Notes: generated by a model from the sequence alone, not told the origin. Positions 1 through 12,400 are shown, counted from the stretch's first letter. The stretch: DNA of 64,000 nucleotides from Mayamaea pseudoterrestris (GCA_027923505.1 BROI01000011.1:620001-684000); one strand, 5' to 3'. Numbers and translations: made by a program.

Positions 1-108
1 TGTGACTCAACCCTGCACAGGATTAAATGCATACAAAACACAGGTAGCTAACCGTCTTGTCATAAGACGCAGGTCAACTCAACTCAATAATATTGTGTCA
101 TCCCCCTT
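1..108 (-). repeat. Polypurine tract (101-108, AAGGGGGA on - strand) and start of the 3' LTR (TGACACAATA... from 100, running off the window)
   Basis: The purine run lies just after the RNase H stop and directly abuts TG, the canonical copia PPT/LTR junction. Confidence 0.75.
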
Positions 109-1630
109 GATCTAGGCTTGTGACAACGATCGGTTTGCCGTATCGCCCTTCCAGAAAAGAATCGGAATGATCAGGGGTCGGAACGTGGCATGCGGCAAGA
201 ACTTGGTAAGAACGTCGGCGACGTTCTGCTTGCCGAAGATGTGCTCAAAATACAGAACATTGCTTGCAATGGCCTCGCGAACTCGATGGTAGGCGAGCGC
301 ATTGTGTCGCTTAGAAAGTGTGGAGTGCGGGATCGTTGACGACTTCTTGACACTTTCGTTGTCGCCGAACATCCAGGCTGGTCCACTCAAAGGAACTCCC
401 AACATGCGTAGGGAGTATCGGAAATCCATAATCTGTTCCGTCGCGGTCTTGGCGACGACGAATTCGGATCCATACGTTGCAGTCTCGACAGTATTCTGAC
501 GCTTGCAGAACCATTCGACGGGCGTCTGGTTCAGGAAATGCAGGACTCCCATTGCGGAACGTCCAGTAGTGTAATCATGGTACAGGTTCGCGTCCATAAA
601 GGTAGTTAGTTGCACAGGCTTGCCCTTCGGGATCGGCATGTTCCACGGAAGCTCTTTGCTTGAGTTGCCGGGACCGATTGCAACCAATCATACTTGGTAG
701 GTTCCCGTGATCGACGATCTTCGCGGAAACGAATCGCCGCATCAGGGTACTCAGCTAGGTAACCGCAGACTCGCTTGGCTCGGTCCAGGTGCCCGGGGGG
801 GGCGCAGCGGAAGCGCCCAAGTGTCATTACGGCACAATGAATGTCAAGTCGACGCAAGAGTCACTGCCCACTGGAGGGCACCGATAAGAGACTGAGTACT
901 GTTGAATGCCACGGGCATCCAGCTCTTCGGTAAGGTCAAGTTCGGGTGGTCCCGTTGTCAAGCGGTGACTTGCGCTTGCGTGGCTTCTCGCCAAACATGG
1001 TCTCGTAGTTCTTGAGCATGCGACCGACGTAGGTCTTTGCGCTCATGCAGAGGGTTCCATCGGGATCACGATAGAAGTCGGCTCCAAGGTGATACTTGAT
1101 GTCGCCGTCCTTCAACTTGTACTTGTACTTCTCTTTGAGGAGGTCCGTGAAGGCTTGTGGATCTTTCATGGCCATAGCCAGATCGTCGACGAACACGCCG
1201 ACGTACTCGTAGTGAGTGCCACAGTCTTTCATCCAGACGCCAGGATCCGCGAGCTTTGGTAGAATCCAATGTCGCGGAGTGTGTCGGCAAAGTGCTCATA
1301 TGCCAACGCGCCGCCAGAAGTGCGCAACCGTTATAGTGCCTTGTAGATGACCAAGGTATGGCCTTCCAATGGTCCAAACTCGGGACCGGCAACAATGTAG
1401 AGCCTTTTCCTTGGTCTTGGCCTCGAGGTAAAGCGTTACCGACATCGGCAGCCCAAAACTTGAGGTCGTTCAGTTCAGCTAACAGTGCTATGGTTCGAAT
1501 GCTTCGCATAGATACAACGCCGGAGTAGGCGGAGTCTTTGGCGGAGCGGTCAGATGTCCCCCGGGCGAACAGTCGGGCCTTACGTCGAGATCGTTCTTGC
1601 AGTCGAAAACAAGATGCGCATTGACACGAA
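1..1630 (-). mobile_element. Degenerate, 5'-truncated Ty1/copia LTR retrotransposon (RT + RNase H + PPT + start of 3' LTR)
   Basis: Minus-strand frames give copia RT motifs (HLVFDCK..L..KARL..GGH; WAADVGNA; YVGVFVDDL) and RNase H (FMDANLYHD..TGRS; VETATYGSEF; FGDNESV; KRHNALAYHRVRE; NVADVLTK), broken by several frameshifts. The stop at 112 is followed by a polypurine tract and a TG-initiated LTR. Confidence 0.93.
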
Positions 1631-2723
1631 ATAAATCTCGACTTGGCACATCAGGGACTGCCAGTAAGCTCTGCGATTTAATGCTGGGCAAAGGCCAATT
1701 TCGACGCTCCAACATGAGGCGCCATAAATTAGGCGATTGTCCAATTTCTTGGTGCCAAGCTTTGCAAACTTGCGTTGCAACAGCGACAGCTGAATCCGGA
1801 AGAAACGTAAGGGTGTACTCTAAAATTGATCCGGGAAAACTAAGCAACGTTTCATTTGGCAGTGTAGTGTCATCCCTCGACAGTCTACCTCCGTTATCAG
1901 TTTTTAAGCCAATATCATTGATCAAAAGCCCTCCCTGATTTCTGTCGTAGATAAGCTTGTTATTCACCACGGCGTATACAACACTCGCCGGTTTGACACC
2001 ATGAGCTGTTAATTGGTTTGTAATCGCGTCGCTAATGAAAGTGTCGTCATCGCCACTATCAACTTGGATGTGCATGTAGTGAATCATTTCCATCGCCGCG
2101 TCGCCTGATGCTGTACCGGCGTACGCCGCGTTCTCAGCTGATTGTTGCAGCGCTCGCTCACTCGTCTGCGTCTTTCGCGCTTTTAAAACGTCACATAGAG
2201 TTTTGTATGGAGCAAAGTAGTGATTGTAGCGGCATCCACCTTTTTTGCCCTTCACATCTAGGCATTTGCCGGTAAAGAAGTGGGCTTTGCACAGGAACAT
2301 AGGCTGAGACGGCCTTTCTTCGTCGACGCTGGCGAGATTCGGTCTGTTTGAATCATTGACCGAGTTGCTTCGCACACGACCCTTACCAGAGATCAAAGTT
2401 CCACGCAAACCAGTCAGTAAATTGCTCCCTCGTGCAGCAGCATCGTCATAATCATGCATTGATTCTGCCCGCGCTCGTCGCTTGTCACTTTGCTCGAACC
2501 GAACTGCATCCAATAGGGGAATACTATCCGTCGGTATACAGTCTGTCCAAACATGGATATTCAGTGGACGCTGCGCATGACGATCAATCATTGAAAGCAA
2601 CTCTTGCGCCATGCTTTTTTGCTGCCGCTTGTCGGCAGTTTTCTGCTTGCGCAGTTTTGTCTCGCTTCGACGAATCTCAGTGATTTCAGCACGGCGTTCC
2701 CAACCTTGGTTTTGTTTGACCAT
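1488..2723 (-). pseudogene. CCCH zinc-finger + F-box protein, 3'-truncated and fused to copia RT sequence
   Basis: Likely ATG at 2723 (MVKQNQGW). Contains a C-x8-C-x9-C-x3-H motif and an F-box-like segment (LLSFPGSILEYTLTFLP...VCKAW..LWR). From about 1630 the ORF reads copia RT (RVNAHLVFDCKNDL). Confidence 0.7.
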
Positions 2724-3195
2724 ATTTTTGTTAAGCTTGGCTGTTGTTCTAGCCTGTCTAAAAGGTTCAATTCTTATGCAATGAAGCAAAAATAGTGTCA
2801 GCACACGATGCCGTCCTCTGATCTACATCCACGAGATTCCATCGGAGGTCCGTTTCCAATTCACGCCTTGAAAACCCAAGCATCACCTTTCGTCCTCACG
2901 TTTCAGAAGAAAATGAGGGTCGACCGGCGCGCTCACTCAACGGAGGTCACATAGAGCCAGGCGAGCCGTTAGAAGTTGAACCGACCGATGGTGCATGTCC
3001 TCACAAAACCATTGCCGTCAAACCTGTGTCCTTGCAGCATTTTCTTATTCGAAGACAGCCTATTGCCAGCTGCTCATCAATCTATTGTCACTTGAGCCCC
3101 ACATTGCAAGTTATAGCTGATCATATAAGTCAGCATTGCTTCGAACAGCAAGGAAAACAACGAGCAGCATAACAGCAGAAGGCAGCGCTGACAAA

Positions 3196-4581
3196 ATGTC
3201 GCAAGGCACGCAGCAACTTCATGACCTCGTCAGAGCGTTAGAGATAATTGCGTATGATGATGCGGTTGCGCTCGATCCACCGGAAGAGACAAACACCGCT
3301 AGTTTTCCAGTGGCTGTTACAGCTGCCCCAACAGAAGCGCCTGTCGACCAAATCATTGCGGACCAACTACCTCAAGCAAACGACCCAGACGACACGCCCG
3401 CATCCGCCTTCAACGCCACGACCGATATCAGCAACTACTTTGACAACTCTGAAGCCGATTGTACCTTCTCCAGCAATCCAGACGCGCTGTTATGCAACGT
3501 CACCGCCTTTCGTTGCTCCAACAGTCAATCCTTTGTGACGATTCCATACGACTACGAGATTGTTCACAAAGCAAGCGACGTCAGTCGTCTATCACATCTG
3601 CTTGAGGTTATTGAAGGGAATATTCTTGATCAGCTTTCAATGGATATAGGGCTGAAGAACTGTGCGAAATCGTTTGGAGGTCGCCGAGCTCAAGCGGAAA
3701 CTAGCTTTGGAAATGATCAGATGGACTATCAGCTCACCGGCATGAGCCTTCTACCGAGAGACAAAACGACTACGGAGAAGTGTTTGTCGACAATCGACGA
3801 TGGAATGGCTGTTTGTAGCAGCATCAAGGGCGCGCTGACTGTGTATACCTTGCAGACAACGGCGGAGGCAATGCTTTCGAACGAAGAACGCCTTGCACTG
3901 CAGCAAGCAGTCCTAGAAGTGATTCAAGAAGGTATGCTTGAAGAAAAGTTTCTGACTTCTGCGCATGGTGAAAAGGTTGTATACATAGGGGATCGCCTTG
4001 CGGTATTGTCAAGTCAGCAGAGTCAAACAATGACGGAGACAGGATGGACTACTCGCTCAAAAGGTCTCGTTTCAGCAGCGATAATCTTATCTCTGCTCGT
4101 TATTGCTGTGCTGTGCTACATTCGGTGTTACTTAAAGTTTGGCAAGGGCTCTCGTTATGTGCGCGACACAAGTGGCTCGTCAGTGGACACAGATGCACGT
4201 CCTGATACAGTGGAACAAATGGCAAGCAATTTGAGTTCCCTTGGACCGCAAGATCTTCCAGCGGTGCATGGAGATGCAAAAGGCATCCCGACCACAGCGA
4301 TGAAGTTGAATCAATCTGGGTCGCAAGATCAAGGCACGGAATGTATTGAGTTTGACAAGTCGTCAGAGCTTGATGAATCGATGGGCAGCATGGGAGTCGC
4401 CACGTTTGATCTGGATACACTGGTGGAAACCACGACAGACATTGGCAATTACCAGTTTAGCTATGACCAAGGCATCTCACCAATCAATGAAACCTTTGAC
4501 AATCTTTACGAAGACGTGGAGATTCCCATGACATTTGATGATGCTTCGAATGGATCAGTTGGTCAACGACTCAAGAACTGA
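3196..4581 (+). CDS. Hypothetical single-pass membrane protein with a Cys-containing ectodomain
   Basis: Long ORF, first ATG at 3196, one hydrophobic segment (GLVSAAIILSLLVIAVLCYI) and an acidic tail. Confidence 0.7.
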   Translation: MSQGTQQLHDLVRALEIIAYDDAVALDPPEETNTASFPVAVTAAPTEAPVDQIIADQLPQANDPDDTPASAFNATTDISNYFDNSEADCTFSSNPDALLCNVTAFRCSNSQSFVTIPYDYEIVHKASDVSRLSHLLEVIEGNILDQLSMDIGLKNCAKSFGGRRAQAETSFGNDQMDYQLTGMSLLPRDKTTTEKCLSTIDDGMAVCSSIKGALTVYTLQTTAEAMLSNEERLALQQAVLEVIQEGMLEEKFLTSAHGEKVVYIGDRLAVLSSQQSQTMTETGWTTRSKGLVSAAIILSLLVIAVLCYIRCYLKFGKGSRYVRDTSGSSVDTDARPDTVEQMASNLSSLGPQDLPAVHGDAKGIPTTAMKLNQSGSQDQGTECIEFDKSSELDESMGSMGVATFDLDTLVETTTDIGNYQFSYDQGISPINETFDNLYEDVEIPMTFDDASNGSVGQRLKN

Positions 4582-4960
4582 GTTACACTTTGTAAGCATG
4601 CGTACGATAATTTTCATAATGTAATTGTTATTTAGTGTTCATAACTTTTCATTTTTCTTGCTGGTGTTATCGGTCTGAGGAACAAGCAAGTGGAAGGGCG
4701 TTGGTGAGGTACGAGCATTGAAACGAGCATAGGTAGCTAAACATAGGAACTGACGCACCCATCATGACCGCATTTGCGGCCAACCGTAAGCAAGTCTGAC
4801 CGTGATGAAAACCCAAAAACGGATGAGGGGCGACGAGGGACATGGACGCAAATGATTGAGTAGGTCAAAGCGTTCCAACAAGCTTTTCAGCCTTTAGTGT
4901 TTTACTACCACTGAACACACTTTCTTGTTCAACGCAGGCTCAAGCATTTTGTGCAGCGTA

Positions 4961-5755
4961 ATGCCGAAATCATCTCCTCGTCCCTCACTTGACGAACACT
5001 TTGCCAAAAAGGAAGCATCTTCAACGCCGAGCGACAGCAAGACGAAGAAGGATTGGGATGATGCTAGCGGCAATAGTTTGGGTGATCTAAGTCTCGATGC
5101 CGACATTCAAGCCATGTCTCGAGAAACTCATGCGTTGCTGAACCAGATTTTGAACGATACGTCCGAGTCAAATTCCACCACTCCCACCAAGTCCAAATCG
5201 CCTCGACGCAAAAAGGGAGGCGAGAATTTGGATACGAGCTACGACAACGAAGAGCTGGAAGAGGAACTGCATCGAGTAGATGATGTATCGGACGGCATAA
5301 GGGCGCTTAGTGCGGAATTAAATGCTGTAGGCACTAACGAACGGGGTGAAGTGATTGCGGCTATGCTACCAGCGGCGTTAGCTGCCGACGAGCATAATCA
5401 ATTGGAATTGTTGGAATCTGTCGAATTGACCTGCACTCCAAGGCTCTACAGAAACAACGATGTATCTAGCGACGGAACAAAGATGGTACGCTTTGACCCT
5501 GCTGTTGAACAACTCAAGGCATTGCGCGTCGCCATTTCGAACAAGGACATTGCTCCGGTGCCCCCGCGAGGTCGGGCCTTGAAGAAAGAACTTCCCGGAC
5601 GTCTAGAAGAGGGCGTCGACCAGGTGATTCTATTTGCTTGCATCATTATTTGGACCGTTATTGTGATCATCGTCGATCACACTCGCATGGGAATGATGAA
5701 TCATGACGAGGGTACTTTGCAGCATCCCTGGATCTTTCGCCTTTTCTGTAAATAA
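4961..5755 (+). CDS. Hypothetical protein with a C-terminal transmembrane segment
   Basis: ORF from ATG 4961 with VILFACIIIWTVIVIIV near the C-terminus. Confidence 0.65.
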   Translation: MPKSSPRPSLDEHFAKKEASSTPSDSKTKKDWDDASGNSLGDLSLDADIQAMSRETHALLNQILNDTSESNSTTPTKSKSPRRKKGGENLDTSYDNEELEEELHRVDDVSDGIRALSAELNAVGTNERGEVIAAMLPAALAADEHNQLELLESVELTCTPRLYRNNDVSSDGTKMVRFDPAVEQLKALRVAISNKDIAPVPPRGRALKKELPGRLEEGVDQVILFACIIIWTVIVIIVDHTRMGMMNHDEGTLQHPWIFRLFCK

Positions 5756-5778
5756 AATACTTATATTCCAAAAATATT

Positions 5779-6417
5779 TTAATCTTTTGATGTTCCATGT
5801 ACGATCCATACATCTGCGCTTCCTTTAATGTGCACCAAACCGTTTCCGCCGGTGACAATAGTGTCACATGTCAGCACAATGCCGCGTCGCTTCCAGTGTC
5901 GAATGGATGTAATCGTTACCCTGCCCTTTACAACATCATTTGCGTAGACTGGTTTGCAGAAATCTATCTTTTGCTTCAAGTATATGGAACCTGGGATGAG
6001 CGTGCCAAATATGCAGGTAAAAAGGCTGGCGACGAGCATGCCATGAGTAAGAACCTTGGTTGAATGAGAGCTACTATCGTCCTTGCTATTAGCTTCATTC
6101 CATTGCACCAAGGGACTTGTTTTTATAACAGTCGGTTCAGTTCCATGCCTCCATGATTGATGCAAAGGGTTCATGTCGCCAACGAGCCGTCCGTATTCTT
6201 CGATGTCACACTCGGAAAAGCGTCGCTCGACTTCAGCGTGCTGGCCGACGACGACCCCTTGGCCGTTCTTAGGTATTGTCCCAATTATTTTATAATCATG
6301 GTAGGATCTACTACGGATACAGCATCGTTTTGAAAGCCGACATGAAGCGTTTGGAATGAGTCGAAAGTAGCTGTACATTAGAGAAGCAAGTGGCAGCGAT
6401 GGTGGATAAAAGAACAT
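5779..6417 (-). CDS. MaoC-like hotdog-fold dehydratase ((R)-enoyl-CoA hydratase family)
   Basis: GDMNPLH, HGMLVASLF, PGSIYLKQKIDFCKPVY motifs. The start codon is uncertain. Confidence 0.88.
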   Translation of the reverse strand: MFFYPPSLPLASLMYSYFRLIPNASCRLSKRCCIRSRSYHDYKIIGTIPKNGQGVVVGQHAEVERRFSECDIEEYGRLVGDMNPLHQSWRHGTEPTVIKTSPLVQWNEANSKDDSSSHSTKVLTHGMLVASLFTCIFGTLIPGSIYLKQKIDFCKPVYANDVVKGRVTITSIRHWKRRGIVLTCDTIVTGGNGLVHIKGSADVWIVHGTSKD

Positions 6418-7574
6418 GATGCGATCCAAATAACGAAGCAGCCGCACGCACTTGAAAATTAGCTACGGCAAGTCTACCAGAAAGCGAATGGAAGGCTGAG
6501 CATGATGTAGTCAAGCAAGAAATACACAAAATGGCTTATCAAATGTTAAGCTACTTCCAAGTAGTAGCTACCTCCGCAGATCTCGCTACATCTCGCAACA
6601 TAAACACCCAAATCGAATCGATCGGCAGCTTGGATCATATATGATCATCATCACAGCACATCAACAACAAAAGCACTACCGGGCTAACACATGACCAAAT
6701 CATTACTTGATCGCTTCTTGCCTTGATCACAAACTTACAATCCTTTGGAAAAATGATCGGAAATAGACAAACGTGTCGGCTGTGGGACGACGCCAGTGCG
6801 ATGAAAATCATACTCTGGCAACTGCCACGAAGACATTCAACGGCGACTCAGCATACCTCCTTCCGGGACATTTGTGTTGGCCACCTCGAAACGTCTCCGT
6901 CTTGACAAACTGCAAGTCCTGATCCTCGCGCTCGGGCAAAAACTCAATACTCGCTGCACTCACACGGGCGGAGTACTGACTCAATGGGCAAGCTCCGAGT
7001 TGGTTGCATCCTGCGCGGCAAACATAAAGTCAAGCACCCATCGAGGTGAGGCACCTCGTGCAGCTCGCACCCAAGCTCCTTGGCAGCGTCAATAATGCTT
7101 TTGCACCAGTGCCCAATCATGCAGCGCGATTGATTTAGCACGCCAATTCATCTTCATGGTCAATTTTGCTGATACGTGTCCTTGTGCCGGTGTTGAAAGG
7201 GTCTTTTGCTTTGCGAGTGCCGCAATTGTCGCGCTCATTTCTCATTTATGACAACCAACCACTGCAAGGTGAATTGCTCTTTTAATCATGGTAACAGCAA
7301 ACGCTCTGTTTCCTCCGATCACTTCATGTATTAGTTTATGACTGTTTTTCGACAAGAAGAGCGCTTGCAACCCTTTATAGTAGTCTTCTATTCTTCTAGT
7401 CAAGCATTGGTGATTGATTGTCGAATTATCGAGTGATTTTAACACGGACGAATGCGAGTCCCAGTACGATGTTGGGACTTGATTCAGTCGTGTGAAATAA
7501 TCCTTGTACCAATCGTCGTAGAATTCTACAAGGGATGGCCGGAGCGCGCGATCAGCTTGCACCACAAATCCACC

Positions 7575-8956
7575 ATGGGATTCATGAGACCTATGCATCT
7601 GAGTTTTCTCATCTTCGTATGCTGCATTGTCAGTTTACTTGCAGTAAGCAAGGCAGAATCAATCTACGAAAAGGATGCGAATGTAAATGTCATTTCAAGC
7701 CATGAACAGTTCGTCGCCGAAGTGGAGACATCCGATTCGATTTGGCTTCTCCATGTGTACTCGTCAGTGAATCCGAAGCAAGCTGCTGTCGTCTCTGCTA
7801 TCGCTAAATTAATGAAAGGAATATTTTCAGTGGCAGCTGTTGATATGGAGAGTTACCGAGATGCCGAAACACTCAAGCAAAAGTATTCTATCAGCTCGTC
7901 ATCGACCTTGCTCATTTTGGCCGACGACAAGCAAACGAAAGCCCACACCACATTATCGACAGGTGACTTGAATTTGCAGAAATTAACGGATTCTCTTGTG
8001 CAAGCTGCTGGACAAACCATTTCGGAGCGTTCTCGTGCGCTTAATGGTGCTTCAACCACCGATTCCAGCAACGGTGGTGGCCATGGCTCTAGCATTCTTG
8101 TCACATCAACGGACGCTACGTTTGCAAATGACGTTTTAAACAATCCTCTGGTTGTCATGGTTGCATTTACAGCTCCATGGTGTGGACATTGTAAGCGGCT
8201 TGAACCGGAATGGAACCAAGCGGCACAAATTTTGGCCAAGCAAGCATACGCTCGCAACGCGATTCGTTTGGTGTGGGTCGACGCGACGGAAAATCCGAAA
8301 GTCACGTCCAAATTTCAAGTCAAAGGATATCCAACGATTAAAATCTTTCCCGGAACAAACAGCAGCAGTGCGGTTAGTCACAACAAGAGGGCCACTGACG
8401 CCAAGGACTACACCGGCGAGAGAAATGCGGCAGGCATGGTGCAAGCTCTCTTGGAAGAAGTTGACAGGACGGGCATTCCATTGGAAATTGCCGAATTGAC
8501 AAGCGCTAAAGTATTGCAGGAGCATTGTGCCGGCTCGAACCATATTTGTATTCTTGCGGGTTTACCGCACATTGTTGAAAGTGGCGCTGACGGTCGACGC
8601 AAAATTTGGAAAAGGTTGGCCAAGTCGCCAAGGCGTTTCGATCTTCCATGGCATTTTCGTTCTTGTGGTTTGAAGGCACCTCGCAACCGGAGCTTGAAAG
8701 TACTCTTGAACTAACTTTTGGATTCCCAGCTGTAGTTGCATTGTCCATGGACCGGAAAGCGTATGCAGTGATGCGAGGAGCTTTCACGGAGAAGGGCATG
8801 GCGTCGTTTTTGCATTCATTGACAACAGGACGACAGATGACAGTTCATATGCAAAGTCTACCAACTATTGAAGCAGTCGAGCCTTGGGACGGACAAGACA
8901 CAGTGCCAGGGGAGGAAGAATTCAGTCTTGAAGATATAATGGGTGAAGATCTGTAA
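7575..8956 (+). CDS. Protein disulfide isomerase, P5/PDIA6-type, with an apparent 1-nt frameshift at ~8604
   Basis: Signal peptide; APWCGHCK thioredoxin site; P5-type b domain (CILAGLPHI..GADGRRK / FLWFEGTSQPELE..FGFPAVVAL; PWDGQD) split across two frames; acidic C-terminus ending GEDL. Confidence 0.88.
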
Positions 8957-9380
8957 TTGTTGCACGCGAAGAGTCGCTACACAAAGACTTTGAGTTTAAC
9001 ATTGCTTATCAAACACTTAAAAAACACTTTTAGACAAGGTCCGCTGACGCGGTTTGCATTGACCCTGGGCTCCATGCTATGTGTATGGTGGACTTGTGTA
9101 TAATAAATTCATCATAGGCTATTACTAATTGTTTGAATAAAGTCTACACAAGACGCTGTTGAGTGCCTCTTGCTTTGATGGGTTGTTAATCACTAGCCAG
9201 AACCAACTACCCATATATGTTTTTATCCCGTTCGTATCTCTTTGGGAACGACATTTGTGTGCCTTCACCTGCTTCCGTATCCCTTAAGCCACTTTGTGTG
9301 GCCAACAGACGGTGAGATGGACAACAACGACATTTTGAATCAATCAACCAGCTCAGCTGGGTGAATGAGGGCATTTGGAG

Positions 9381-9465
9381 GTCAAGACATCTGCAGGCTG
9401 AAACTGGTGAGAAGACTGAGACACCAGCCAGATATTCCATCTTGTTGCGCATCCTGAAAAAGTTG
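9381..9465 (-). repeat. Inverted, diverged partial copy of the 169-bp monomer
   Basis: GTCAAGACATCTGCAGGCTGAAACTGGTGAGAAG-ACTGAGACACCAGCCAGATATTCCATCTTGTTGCGCATCCTGAA matches the reverse complement of the monomer, with an internal deletion. Confidence 0.8.
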
Positions 9466-12400
9466 TTTAGGGTGCGCTACATGGTGGTATTCTTAGCTCA
9501 TGTCTTAGGGAATGGCAATGTGTTTGGTGACAACTTGTCACCAGTCTGTAGATGCCATGACTTTTGAACGCCTCTACGACAAGCCATGAATACACCCAAA
9601 TTACACCAGAATGGTGCCAACATCATTATTCAGTCTGCACCACAAAGTGGTATGCTTTGCACATGTCCCAGGGATTGGCAATGTATTTGGTGACAACTTG
9701 TCACCAGTCTCGGTCCGCAGAAGCCGTGACATTCAAACGCACCTACAGCAAGCCCTGTAGGTGCCCAAATCACACCAGAAATGGTGGCAACATCATTATT
9801 CAGGCTGCGCTACAAGATGGTAGGCTTGGCTGGTGTCTCAGGGGATGGCAATGTATTTGGTGACAACTTGTCACCAGTCTCAGCCCGCAGATGCCGGGAC
9901 ATTCAAACGCACCTACAGCAAGCCCTGTAGGTGCCCAAGTTACTCCAGAATGGTGGCAACATCATCATTCAGGCTGCACTACAAGATGGTAGGCTTGGCT
10001 GTTGTCTCAGGGAATGGCAATGTATTTGGTGACAACTTGTCACCAGTCTCAGCCCGCAGATGCCGGGACATTCAAACGCACCTACAGCAAGCCCTGTGGG
10101 TGCCCAAATTACACCAGAATGGTGCCAGCATCATTATTCAGGCTGCGCTACGAAATGGTTAGCTTAACTGTTGTCTCAGGAATTGGCAATGTATTTGGTG
10201 ACAACTTGTCACCAGTCTCTGCCCACAGATGCCATGACATTTAAACGCACCTACAGCAAGCCCTGTAGGTGCCCACATTACACCAGAATGGTGCCAACAT
10301 CATTATTCAGGATGCGCTACAAGATGGTAGGCTTAGCTGTTGTCTCAGGGAATGGCAATGTATTTGGTGACAACTTGTCACCAGTCTCAGCCCGCAGATG
10401 CCGTGACATTCAAACGCACCTACAGCAAGCCCTGTAGGTGCCCAAATTACACCAGAATGGTGCCAACATCATTATTCAGGCTGCGCTACAAGATGGTAGG
10501 CTTGATGGGTGTCTCAGGGCATGGCAATGTATTTGGTGACAACTTGTCACCAGTCTCAGCCCGCAGATGCCGGGACATTCAAACGCACCTACAGCAAGCC
10601 CTGTGGGTGCCCAAATTACACCAGAATGGTGCCAGCATCATTATTCAGGCTGCGCTACAAGATGGTAGGCTTGGCGGTTGTCTCAGGGAATGGCAATGTA
10701 TTTGGTGACAACTTGTCACCAGTCTCAGCCCGCAGATGCCGTGACATTCAAACGCACCTACAGCAAGCCCTGTAGGTGCCCAAATTACACCAGAATGGTG
10801 CCAGCATCATTATTCAGGCTGCGCTACAAGATGGTAGGCTTGGTGGGTGTCTCAGGGCATGGCAATGTATTTGGTGACAACTTGTCACCAGTCTCAGCCC
10901 GCAGATGCCGGGACATTCAAACGCACCTACAGCAAGCCCTGTGGGTGCCCAAATTACACCAGAATGGTGCCAGCATCATTATTCAGGCTGCGCTACAAGA
11001 TGGTTAGCTTAACTGTTGTCTCAGGGAATGGCAATGTATTTGGTGACAACTTGTCACCAGTCTCAGCCCGCAGATGCCGTGACATTCAAACGCACCTACA
11101 GCAAGCCCTGTAGGTGCCCAAATTACACCAGAATGGTGCCAGCATCATTATTCAGGCTGCGCTACAAGATGGTAGGCTTGGCTGGTGTCTCAGGGAATGG
11201 CAATGTATTTGGTGACAACTTGTCACCAGTCTCAGCCCGCAGATGCCGTGACATTCAAACGCACCTACAGCAAGCCCTGTAGGTGCCCAAATTACACCAG
11301 AATGGTGCCAACATCATTATTCAGGCTGCGCTACAAGATGGTAGGCTTGGCTGGTGTCTCAGGGCATGGCAATGTATTTGGTGACAACTTGTCACCAGTC
11401 TCAGCCCGCAGATGCCGTGACATTCAAACGCACCTACAGCAAGCCCTGTAGGTGCCCAAATTACACCAGAATGGTGCCAGCATCATTATTCAGGCTGCGC
11501 TACAAGATGGTAGGCTTGGCTGGTGTCTCAGGGAATGGCAATGTATTTGGTGACAACTTGTCACCAGTCTCAGCCCGCAGATGCCGTGACATTCAAACGC
11601 ACCTACAGCAAGCCCTGTAGGTGCCCACATTACACCAGAATGGTGCCAACATCATTATTTAGGCTGCGCTACAAGATGGTAGGCTTGGCCGGTGTCTCAG
11701 GGAATGGCAATGTATTTGGTGACAACTTGTCACCAGTCTCAGCTGGCAGATGCCGTGACATTCAAACGCCCCTACAGCAAGCCCTGTATGTGCCCAAATT
11801 ACACCAGAATGGTGGCAACATCTTATTCAGGCTGCGCTACAAGATGGTAGGCTTGGCCGGTGTCTCAGGGCATGGCAATGTATTTGGTGACAACTTGTCA
11901 CCAGTCTCAGCCCGCAGATGCCGGGACATTCAAACGCACCTACAGCAAGCCCTGTAGGTGCCCAAATTACACCAGAATGGTGCCAACATCATTATTCAGG
12001 CTGCGCTACAAGATGGTAGGCTTGGCGGGTGTCTCAGGGAATGGCAATGTATTTGGTGACAACTTGTCACCAGTCTCAGCCCGCAGATGCCGTGACATTC
12101 AAACGCACCTACAGCAAGCCCTGTAGGTGCCCAAATTACACCAGAATGGTGCCAACATCATTATTCAGGCTGCGCTACAAGATGGTAGGCTTGGCTGGTG
12201 TCTCAGGGAATGGCAATGTATTTGGTGACAACTTGTCACCAGTCTCAGCTCGCAGATGCCGTGACATTCAAACGCACCTACAGCAAGCCCTGTAGGTGCC
12301 CAAATTACACCAGAATGGTGCCAGCATCATTATTCAGGCTGCGCTACAAGATGGTAGGCTTGGCGGTTGTCTCAGGGCATGGCAATGTATTTGGTGACAA

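Noticed and set aside
6450..7570. Short ORFs in the MaoC-PDI intergenic region (e.g. 7242-7598 minus)
   Set aside because: They are short, have no recognisable motif or clear exon structure, and lie in a divergent-promoter position.
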